NCBI GenBank assembly: GCA_009917695.1
Contig: JAACJG010000007.1
Span: 101,750 to 165,749 of the forward strand
Direction: 5' to 3'
Length of the DNA: 64,000 nucleotides
Source of the DNA: Candidatus Rifleibacterium amylolyticum
Lineage (GTDB): Bacteria > Muiribacteriota > Ozemobacteria > Ozemobacterales > Ozemobacteraceae
Part shown: piece by piece, positions 25,910 through 33,115 of the stretch
Numbering within the stretch: the stretch's first letter is position 1
Layout: each line of letters begins with the position of its first letter
Program-made: the position numbers and the translations under genes
Notes under the pieces: generated by a model
What the model was told of the DNA's origin: nothing
Seen by the model: the letters and a program-made list of their open reading frames with translations, nothing else
Database searches by the model: none

Positions 25910-26057
25910 CTGCCTTTACCGCAACGCAAAAACACCCCGAATTTTCAGCGGGTGGCAACCCGGCAAAGAACGCCAAAAGTTCGCGCCAGCAATTTAAGAA
26001 TACTTTACCAATAACATTACCGGAGCCGAACAGGCCCGAAACCGACAGGAGATCAAC

Positions 26058-26807
26058 ATGAACAGAATGAATGGCAAAATCGCTCTGATTACCGGCGGAG
26101 CCGCCGGCATCGGCCTCAAGGCCGCCCAGATGTTCGCCGAAGAAGGCGCCACCGTTTACGCTCTCGACGTCAGCGAAAAGGCTCTCAACGCACTCAAAGA
26201 CGTTAAGCTCGCCGACGGCGCCACCGGCAAAATCGTCGGCAAAAAGCTCGACGTTTCTAACGCCGCCGAAGTCGAAAAAGTCGTCGAAGAAATTCACAGC
26301 GAACATGGCAAAATCGACTGTCTGGTAAACAACGCCGGCATCACTTCTGATGCGACTCTTCCCAAGATGACCGAAGAAGCTTTCGACCGCGTCATCAATG
26401 TTAACCTCAAAGGCGTATTCCTGATGAGCAAAGCTGTAGCCGCTAAAATGACCGCCGCCGGCAAAGGCTCGATCGTCAACACCTCTTCTATCGTCGGCGT
26501 GCAGGGCAACTTCGGCCAGACCAACTATTCAGCTGCCAAAGCCGGCGTCATCGGCATGACCTACACCTGGGCCCGCGAACTCGGCCGCAAGGGCGTACGC
26601 GTTAACGCGGTAGCTCCCGGCTACACCTGGACCGAAATGCTCGCTACCGTTCCCGAAAAAGTAATCAAGATGCTCGAAGAAAAGACCCCGATGCAGCGCC
26701 TCGGCCAGCCGGAAGAAATCGCCAAGACCTATCTCTTCCTGGCCAGCGACGAGAGCTCATACATCACCGGGCAGGTAATCGGAGTAGATGGCGGCTTGAA
26801 ACTCTAA
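26058..26807 (+). CDS. phaB: SDR-family acetoacetyl-CoA reductase (PhaB / FabG-like)
   Basis: Contains GKIALITGGAAGIG, NNAGI and YSAAKAG, in the pha operon context. Confidence 0.85.
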   Translation: MNRMNGKIALITGGAAGIGLKAAQMFAEEGATVYALDVSEKALNALKDVKLADGATGKIVGKKLDVSNAAEVEKVVEEIHSEHGKIDCLVNNAGITSDATLPKMTEEAFDRVINVNLKGVFLMSKAVAAKMTAAGKGSIVNTSSIVGVQGNFGQTNYSAAKAGVIGMTYTWARELGRKGVRVNAVAPGYTWTEMLATVPEKVIKMLEEKTPMQRLGQPEEIAKTYLFLASDESSYITGQVIGVDGGLKL

Positions 26808-26839
26808 GCCACTATATTGACCGGCAATGTTGCCGAACC

Positions 26840-26867
26840 GTTCGGGCTGCCGCAAGGCAGCCCGAAC
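26840..26867. terminator. GC-rich hairpin downstream of phaB
   Basis: Stem gttcgggctgcc, loop gcaa, stem ggcagcccgaac (12 bp). It is followed by an A-run rather than a T-run. Confidence 0.35.
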
Positions 26868-26880
26868 ACTGAAAAAAACC

Positions 26881-26991
26881 TCGCACAAAGATACAGAGCC
26901 ACAAAGAAGAATTGTGCTGATAGAAGACAGAAAATAATCGGCCGATATAAATTGGCGTTTCTTCGTGTCTTAGCGGCTTAGTGCGAGATTC
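26881..26991. repeat. Mosaic repeat family 3: inverted pair of B modules around a degenerate A module
   Basis: The inverted arm is tcgcacaaagatacagagccacaaagaagaa. It is followed by aataatcggccgatataaattggcg. The forward arm is tttcttcgtgtcttagcggcttagtgcga. Confidence 0.6.
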
Positions 26992-27025
26992 TCAAGATCT
27001 ATACCTTCAAGAAAGGTCACAATAA

Positions 27026-28051
27026 ATGATTGGAAACATGGATACCCTGGTTCAGCATCTCGACGCAATCACCGAGCACGTCATGCGCAAAACCGCCGGC
27101 GAACTCGACACCTACCCGCGCGGCGTCACGCCACGTGAAGAAGTTTACACAGCCGGCAACGTTTCACTGCTGCGCTTCAAAAGCCCGGAAGGCGTCACCG
27201 GCACCCCGCTGCTCATCATTCCGTCGCTGATCAACCGGTGGTACATTCTCGATGTTACCGAAGAAACCAGTTTTATCAGAGAATTCGCACAGCAGCGCCC
27301 GACCTACCTCATCGACTGGGGCTACCCTGACGAAGAAGTCGGCCACCTGCCGCTCAGCCATTATTATCACCGCTCGATCAAACGCGCTATCCGCCAGATC
27401 TGCCGCGAACACGGAATCAAGAGCGTAGACCTCCTCGGCTACTGTATCGGCGGCACCATGGCTTACGCCTTCAGCTGCCTTGAACCCGACCTCGTCGATC
27501 ACCTCGTGCTGCTGACAGCACCGATCGACTTCAAAGACGCCGGCATCTTCGCCACCTATGCAGAACATTTCCCGATCGAAGAGTTTTCTGCTAGTATGAG
27601 CAAAATGCCAGGCTGGCTGCTGGCATTCTCGTTTCAGTTCGTGCAGCCGATGGGCCTCTACCAGAAGACAAAAATGTTTCACAACAAGTTCGAAAGCAAA
27701 AGTTTCATCAAGCTCTACAACGCCATGGAGCGCTGGATCGCCGACCCGGTCAGCTTTCCGGCCAAGGCTTACTACGAATTGATCACTGATCTCTATCAGA
27801 AAAACCTGCTGACACAGGGCCGTCTGATGACTGCCGAGGGTCGTCAGGTCGATCCGGCCGCCCGCCGCGCGAAAACCCTGATCTTGAATGCTGGAAAAGA
27901 CCATATCGCGCCGCTGAGCACGACCGTGCTGCCAGCCTCCGATAAAGCGCCAGTCAGCGAAGTCACCATTCCCTCGGGCCATATCGGGATTACTACCGGC
28001 AGAAACAGCAAAGACGCCTGCCGCAGTGCCATAGATTTTCTTATGAATTGA
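27026..28051 (+). CDS. phaC: Class III-type PHA synthase catalytic subunit PhaC (copy 1)
   Basis: 341-aa ORF. Lipase box GYCIGG, candidate Asp in NAGKDHIAP and His in IPSGHIGI. The size is typical of class III/IV PhaC. Confidence 0.85.
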   Translation: MIGNMDTLVQHLDAITEHVMRKTAGELDTYPRGVTPREEVYTAGNVSLLRFKSPEGVTGTPLLIIPSLINRWYILDVTEETSFIREFAQQRPTYLIDWGYPDEEVGHLPLSHYYHRSIKRAIRQICREHGIKSVDLLGYCIGGTMAYAFSCLEPDLVDHLVLLTAPIDFKDAGIFATYAEHFPIEEFSASMSKMPGWLLAFSFQFVQPMGLYQKTKMFHNKFESKSFIKLYNAMERWIADPVSFPAKAYYELITDLYQKNLLTQGRLMTAEGRQVDPAARRAKTLILNAGKDHIAPLSTTVLPASDKAPVSEVTIPSGHIGITTGRNSKDACRSAIDFLMN

Positions 28052-28065
28052 AAAGGAGACCGACA

Positions 28066-28455
28066 ATGTTTACAATGGGCGAAGATATTATGAAGCAATG
28101 GGCAGAAAACTGGGAAAAACTTATGGGTGACCACCTCGAAAAGCTGGTTCACAACGAAAAGTTCATCAGCGAAATGTCAAAGTCGATTGCCGCCACCATG
28201 ACCGGCAAGGCCTTTTACTCTAAGGCTCTCGACGAGCAGATGGCCGCCATGAACCTGCCCTCACGCACAGAAATCGTCAAGGTTCTGCAGAAGCTTACCG
28301 ACATCGAAGAGCGCCTGATCGACCTGACCGAGCGCTTCGAAGACTACGTCGATGCGCAGCAGGCAAAACCGGCAGCAAAAGCGGCACCCGCCGCCGAGAA
28401 GCCGGAAGCAGCCGCGCCGGCAAGAGATGCCAAAGCAAGAAAGCAGAAGAAATAA
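28066..28455 (+). CDS. Short PhaE-like / PHA-synthase accessory (or phasin-like) protein
   Basis: Start set at an ATG with an AAGGAG RBS 7 nt upstream. The motif MNLPSRTEIVKVLQKLTDIEERLIDLTERFE resembles the conserved C-terminal motif of PhaE (class III subunit E). It is only 129 aa and has an Ala/Lys-rich tail. Confidence 0.55.
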   Translation: MFTMGEDIMKQWAENWEKLMGDHLEKLVHNEKFISEMSKSIAATMTGKAFYSKALDEQMAAMNLPSRTEIVKVLQKLTDIEERLIDLTERFEDYVDAQQAKPAAKAAPAAEKPEAAAPARDAKARKQKK

Positions 28456-28461
28456 ATTCTA

Positions 28462-29571
28462 ATGCAGGAGCAGGAAGCTGTGAAAGCCACGCAGGAAATT
28501 CCGGAAGCTTACCGTGAAATGCTGTCGCGCTCGGTAACCAAGAGTTACACCGAGTCTGACCGCCATCGACTGGGCATGGAACCCACCCCGAAGGTGCAGG
28601 TGTTCCGACAGGGGTGCTGGACTCTCTACCGCTGCGGTACCGAGTTCGCCTCAGATTACGACCCGGTTCTGATAATTCCCTCGCTGATCAATCGCAACTA
28701 TATCCTCGACCTGCTGCCCGGACACTCGCTGATCGAGCAGATGAAGCTCGCCGGGCTCGATGTTTTTCTCATAGATTGGGGTGATCCTGATGCCGGTATG
28801 GGCAATTATGGCTTTGATCACTATGTCAGCAAATGGGTCAAGAGAGCCGTTCGCCAGGTCAAAAAAATCACGGGAAAGGCCAGAATCCAGCTCGCCGGGC
28901 AATGTATCGGCGGCATGATGGCCACCATGTATGCGGCGCATCCTGAGCTGAGAAACGATCTCAGCACACTGTTTCTGCTGACGGCGCCGCTCGATCTCGC
29001 TGACTCGGGGCTGCTCGCCCAATGGACAGCGACCGAAGGCTTCGACGTCGACAAGCTGACTGCGGCCTTTCAGGGGCTGGTGCCGGCACATTTCTTTCAT
29101 GCCTCGTTTCCGCTGCTCGACCCGAAGAACCAGCTCGCCAAATATCGCCGTCTGCTCGAAAACTTCGAAATGCCAGGCTTCAAAGAGATCTGGGAAGCCC
29201 TCGACATCTGGGGCAGCGATAACGTCGACTTCACCAAGCAGGCTTATACCGAACTTATCAGCACCATGTATCAGGAAAACGCCTTTTACAAGGGCGAATA
29301 CATGGTTGGTGGACGCAAGGTCGATTTTAAAGACATCGATGTCCCGATTTTGAGTCTGGTAGCCCGCGACGACCATGTTTTCACCGAGAAGGCGGCTTTC
29401 GCCATTCATGAATGCAAGGCCGCAAAGCAGGGCCGGCTCGATTACCACGTCATCCCGGCCGGGCATGTGTCGCTGATTGCCGCGCACCCGGTCAGAGTTC
29501 ATACATACACGCTGGTCAGAGAATTTTTGACCAGGCCAGAACAATTAAGAACAGGAGCTAAGAAGAAATGA
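28462..29571 (+). CDS. phaC: Class III-type PHA synthase catalytic subunit PhaC (copy 2, divergent paralogue)
   Basis: 369-aa ORF. Lipase box GQCIGG, candidate Asp in VARDDHVF and His in IPAGHVSL. An alternative GTG start at 28480 follows an AGGAG. Confidence 0.8.
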   Translation: MQEQEAVKATQEIPEAYREMLSRSVTKSYTESDRHRLGMEPTPKVQVFRQGCWTLYRCGTEFASDYDPVLIIPSLINRNYILDLLPGHSLIEQMKLAGLDVFLIDWGDPDAGMGNYGFDHYVSKWVKRAVRQVKKITGKARIQLAGQCIGGMMATMYAAHPELRNDLSTLFLLTAPLDLADSGLLAQWTATEGFDVDKLTAAFQGLVPAHFFHASFPLLDPKNQLAKYRRLLENFEMPGFKEIWEALDIWGSDNVDFTKQAYTELISTMYQENAFYKGEYMVGGRKVDFKDIDVPILSLVARDDHVFTEKAAFAIHECKAAKQGRLDYHVIPAGHVSLIAAHPVRVHTYTLVREFLTRPEQLRTGAKKK

Positions 29572-30752
29572 CTGAAGTATTCATCGTAGGCGCAGCCAGA
29601 ACTGCCATCGGCGCTCTCATGGGCACCCTCAAAGCCATACCCGCTCACAAACTCGGCAGCATCGCCATAAAAGAAGCATTGACCCGCGCCGGCGTCAAAC
29701 CCGAACAGGTCGATGAAGTTATGCTGGGCAACGTCCTCATGGCCGGACAGGGCCAGGGCCCCGGCCGCCAGGCCGCTCTCGGTGCCGGTATTCCAGAAAG
29801 CGTTCCGGCCTGGGCGATCAACCAGCTTTGTGGTTCCGGTCTCAAAACCATAGCTCTCGCCGTCGATGCGATCAAGGCCGGCGAAGCCCAGTGTATCGTC
29901 GCTGGCGGCATGGAAAGCATGAGCACGGCGCCGCACGTTGCCAATCTGCGCAACGGTACCGCTCTAGGCGATGTAAGCTTCAAAGACTCGATGGTTCTCG
30001 ATGGTCTGACTGACGTATTTTCGGGCGAGCACATGGGCATGACGGCTGAATGGCTGGCAGATGAACTCAAGATCACCCGTGAAGAAATGGACAAATTCGC
30101 GGCTGAAAGCCAGAAACGTGTTGCCGAAGCCTGGGAAGCCGGCAAGTTCGACGCCGAAATCGTGCCGGTCGAAATTCCGCAGCGCAAGGGCGACCCGATC
30201 GTATTCAAAAAAGATGAGCACTTCAGAGTCGGAACCACCTTCGAAACCCTGAGCAAACTCAAACCCGCCTTCAAAAAAGATGGCAGCGTGACTGCCGGCA
30301 ACGCTTCGGGCATCAATGACGGCGCCGCCGCCATTGTCGTCGCCTCAGGTGAATTCGTTAAAAAGCACAATCTTAAACCTCTCGCAAAAATAGTTTCTCA
30401 TGCGACCACTGCGTTGAATCCCTCAAGAATGGGACTTGGCCCGGTATCAGCCACCCAGAAGGCCCTCGAAAAGGCCGGCTGGAAAGTAAGTGATCTCGAC
30501 CGCGTCGAAGCCAACGAAGCTTTCGCGGTACAGTCACTCGGCGTGATCCGCCAGCTCGGGCTCGACCCGGCCAAAACAAACGTCAACGGTGGCGCTATTG
30601 CACTCGGTCATCCAATCGGTGCTTCCGGAGCCCGTATTCTGGTAACACTGTTGTATGAAATGGCACGCTCCAATACCAGCAAAGGCCTTGCTACACTCTG
30701 CGTGGGTGGCGGCATGGGCGTTGCGATGGCAGTGGAACGCGTCAAGGCTTGA
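29568..30752 (+). CDS. phaA: Acetyl-CoA acetyltransferase (beta-ketothiolase)
   Basis: Contains NQLCGSGLK (active-site Cys), NGGAIALGHPIGASGARI and CVGGGMG. It has a 4-nt overlap with phaC copy 2. Confidence 0.9.
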   Translation: MTEVFIVGAARTAIGALMGTLKAIPAHKLGSIAIKEALTRAGVKPEQVDEVMLGNVLMAGQGQGPGRQAALGAGIPESVPAWAINQLCGSGLKTIALAVDAIKAGEAQCIVAGGMESMSTAPHVANLRNGTALGDVSFKDSMVLDGLTDVFSGEHMGMTAEWLADELKITREEMDKFAAESQKRVAEAWEAGKFDAEIVPVEIPQRKGDPIVFKKDEHFRVGTTFETLSKLKPAFKKDGSVTAGNASGINDGAAAIVVASGEFVKKHNLKPLAKIVSHATTALNPSRMGLGPVSATQKALEKAGWKVSDLDRVEANEAFAVQSLGVIRQLGLDPAKTNVNGGAIALGHPIGASGARILVTLLYEMARSNTSKGLATLCVGGGMGVAMAVERVKA

Positions 30753-30849
30753 TTCCTTTCCTTGCCTCTGCGCGGCCTCATTAACCGCGCAGACTTTCCG
30801 GGCTCGGGGATAAATTTTCCCGGGCTGTCTTTTTTTTAGCCTGTTTCAG

Positions 30850-31047
30850 ACAATCAGCAGGCCAGACAAGAAGATCAGCAGGCCAAACACAGATTTCGCA
30901 GATGATCATGATTACGCAGATCGCAGACCAAAGAAGAAAGAAAGAGATTTCGCACTAAGACACTAAGTCACTAAGAAAGCTGGAAGACTTAGAAGAAAGA
31001 GAAGAGGTCTCTCACAAAGCCACTAAGGCGCTAAGAAAGATATGAAA
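30850..31047 (-). repeat. Mosaic repeat family 3, degenerate inverted modules
   Basis: The segments are atcagcaggcca(g/a)aca x2, cacagatttcgcagat...ttacgcagatcgcag, tcgcactaagacactaagtcactaagaaa and ctcacaaagccactaaggcgctaagaaag. All are reverse-orientation variants of the A and B modules. Confidence 0.55.
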
Positions 31048-31570
31048 GAAGCAGAAAACCTGTTGATAAAAGGCCTGCTCAAAAAATTAAAATCGGCGCC
31101 ATCGGCGCAATCTGCGGTTTCTCTTCTTCTTCTTCTTCTTCTTCTCGGCTCTGTGTCTTTGTGCGAAAATCGATTACGATTACCCTGCTACGCCAAGGCT
31201 ACGCAGGGCAGGCGAGCACGAGCACGAGCACGAGCATGAAGACGTAGCAGAAAATCCTGTGATATCAGGCCTGCTAAAAATGACAATCGGCGTCATCGGC
31301 GTAATCTGCGGATGCTCTTCTCTTCTTCTTTGCGACTTCGTGTCTTTGTGCGAAAATCGATTACGATTACCCTGCTACGCCAAGGCTACGCAGGGCAGGC
31401 GAGCACGAGCACGAGCATGAAGACGTAGCAGAAAATCCTGTGATATCAGGCCTGCTTAACTAAACAAAAATCGGCGCCAATCGGCGCAATCTGTGGTTCC
31501 AGTTCTCCTTCTCCTCCTTCTTCGCGACTCTGTGTCTCGGTGCGAAAATCTATGCGATTATGTGCTTGAC
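31048..31570 (+). repeat. Tandem array, about 2.7 copies of a 181-196-bp unit of repeat family 3
   Basis: Unit starts are at 31048, 31244 and 31425. Units 1 and 2 share a ~115-bp core that is identical except for one extra CACGAG hexamer. The core runs from gtgtctttgtgcgaaaatcgattacgattaccctgctacgccaaggctacgcagggcaggcgagcacgagcacgagca to tgaagacgtagcagaaaatcctgtgatatcaggcctgct. Confidence 0.85.
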
Positions 31571-31590
31571 AACCTTTGACAATAAGATAC

Positions 31591-31602
31591 TTTAATATTA
31601 AA
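31591..31602. promoter_or_regulatory. Perfect 12-bp palindrome TTTAATATTAAA (candidate MarR operator) next to two TTGACA boxes
   Basis: TTGACA occurs at 31566-31571 and 31576-31581. The palindrome lies about 30 nt upstream of the MarR-family start. Confidence 0.3.
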
Positions 31603-31630
31603 CTATTATATGTTTAATGGAGCAAAAGTT

Positions 31631-32083
31631 ATGGGAAGTCATTACAACGGCGAAAGTGAGCAGCAGCGGGCACTCGACTGCTTTATCAAGCTGCTGCGCG
31701 CAACCGAATCGGTTAATACAGAGGTTCACAAAAGCGTTTTTGCCGAAGGCTTGAGTGAAAGCCAGTTTGGTATTCTCGAAGCACTGCTGCACCTTGGAAC
31801 TCTTAACCAGAACCAGATCGCCAAAAAGTTGCTGAAAAGTGGCGGGAACATTACACTGGTAATAGATAATCTGGTCAAACAGGGTCTGGTGAGCAAGGAA
31901 AAGCGCAGCGAAGACAGGCGATTCTACTGGATCGATCTTACCGACAAAGGCAGAAGACTTATAGAACATCTGTTTCCGCGGCATGCCGAAAACATCACGA
32001 AACGCATGGCGGTGCTCAGCCCTGAAGAACAGATTCTTCTCGGAAAGCTCTGCCGCAAACTCGGAAAAAATAATAAACAATGA
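31631..32083 (+). CDS. MarR-family transcriptional regulator
   Basis: Winged-helix region LSESQFGILEALLHLGTLNQNQIAKKLLKSGGNITLVIDNLVKQGLVSKEKRSEDRRFYWIDLTDKG. A GGAG RBS precedes the ATG at 31631; the track start at 31610 is also possible. Confidence 0.8.
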   Translation: MGSHYNGESEQQRALDCFIKLLRATESVNTEVHKSVFAEGLSESQFGILEALLHLGTLNQNQIAKKLLKSGGNITLVIDNLVKQGLVSKEKRSEDRRFYWIDLTDKGRRLIEHLFPRHAENITKRMAVLSPEEQILLGKLCRKLGKNNKQ

Positions 32084-32093
32084 GGAGAGAAAC

Positions 32094-32714
32094 ATGAAAA
32101 AGGTATTACACATCACAGCAAGTCCCAGAGGCGCGCAGTCGCGCACTCTCAGAATAGCCGGTGAGCTGATCGCGAAGCTCAAGAAGATACATGGCGAAAT
32201 CGCCCTCGATACTCTCGATGTCTTCACTGAAAAACTGCCAGAAATGAACATAACTCGCGTCAAAGGCAAATATATGCTGATGAGTGGCCAGGAACTTTCG
32301 GGCGATGCAGTCGACGCATGGAAAGAAATCAAGGCTCATATCGCGCGCTTTCTGGCGGCTGACATCATCGTTATCAGCACGCCGATGTGGAACTTCGGTA
32401 TTCCGTATAAACTCAAACACTACATCGATATCGTCTGGCAGCCAGGCTTCATGTTCAAATACACCGAGAATGGCCCGGTCGGACTGGCAGCAGGCCGCAA
32501 GGTTTACGTCGTCTCGACCCGAGGTGGTGACTACACTCCCGGTACTCCGGCCGAACCCTACGATCAGATCACACCCTATCTCAAAACCGTTCTCGGATGG
32601 GCCGGTCTGACCGATGTAACTTTCATCAGCGGCCAGCCGATGGATGCCAACACAGAAGAAGGCCGCGAAGCCAAGATCAAAGAAGCCATCGCAACCATCG
32701 AAAAGCTGGCCTGA
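32094..32714 (+). CDS. azoR: FMN-dependent NADH-azoreductase / quinone reductase (AzoR/AcpD family)
   Basis: Start set at MKKVLHITASPRG with a GAGGAGAG RBS. The motif PMWNFGIPYKLKHYIDIV is present. The track ORF 31983.. is an upstream extension that overlaps the MarR gene. Confidence 0.8.
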   Translation: MKKVLHITASPRGAQSRTLRIAGELIAKLKKIHGEIALDTLDVFTEKLPEMNITRVKGKYMLMSGQELSGDAVDAWKEIKAHIARFLAADIIVISTPMWNFGIPYKLKHYIDIVWQPGFMFKYTENGPVGLAAGRKVYVVSTRGGDYTPGTPAEPYDQITPYLKTVLGWAGLTDVTFISGQPMDANTEEGREAKIKEAIATIEKLA

Positions 32715-32751
32715 AAATAATCCGCTTATTACACTTATTGACGCCAATTCT

Positions 32752-32781
32752 CGTAGGGGTTCAACATGTTGAACCCCTACG
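32752..32781 (+). terminator. Hairpin terminator after azoR
   Basis: Stem cgtaggggttcaa, loop catg, stem ttgaacccctacg (13 bp). A T-run follows 14 nt downstream. Confidence 0.55.
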
Positions 32782-33115
32782 CTGTTTCAAAACCTTTTTT
32801 GACTGAGGCAGCATATATTGCTATACTGAACATCGGTCCTCTGCCACATTTGATAGCCGGGTTGATTAACCAGTACGGACTCACGTCAGGCAAGTGTAAC
32901 AAGGGCGCAGGCGGGTTTCTCATGAGCGAAAACTTCGAGCCAGGCAGCTTTGACACAAAGCTATAGCTATTCACAATATATCATCGGCTGGTGAGAGTTG
33001 TAGCGAATGAGATTCCGCCGAGAGCCCGGCATAAGCGGATGTTTCACGGTTAAATACCTGTCATAAGATGTGACAAAGTGCCAGTCTTTGAGAAATATTC
33101 TGCGAAAGCCGGCAA

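Noticed and set aside
27164-30370. Long antisense ORFs inside the pha genes (27164..28066, 28651..29544, 29499..29936 and 29645..30370, all minus strand)
   Set aside because: They lie entirely opposite genes with clear family motifs (PhaC lipase boxes, thiolase active sites). They have Arg/Gly/Ala-biased, low-complexity-like composition and no RBS. These are typical shadow ORFs.
31048-31570. Possible CRISPR array
   Set aside because: The repeat unit is 181-196 bp with no alternation of short (24-48 bp) direct repeats and unique spacers. No cas genes are in the window. This is a tandem duplication of a mosaic element.
24961-31570. pha operon as a mobile island or composite transposon bounded by direct repeats
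   Set aside because: No transposase, integrase, tRNA target or target-site duplication is visible. The same repeat modules also occur at unrelated intergenic sites (13.0 kb, 46.4 kb) and inside the operon. I keep this as a repeat observation only.
32801-33115. ~315-nt untranslated region upstream of the CHASE2 gene as a possible structured RNA (SRP RNA, 6S RNA or a riboswitch)
   Set aside because: I could not find any diagnostic motif by eye. There is no SRP domain-IV GGAA/AGCA pairing, no RNase P or tmRNA signature, and no recognisable riboswitch core. The short ORFs here (32766..32966, 32777..32974) lack RBSs. This is left unannotated, and a covariance-model scan would settle it.
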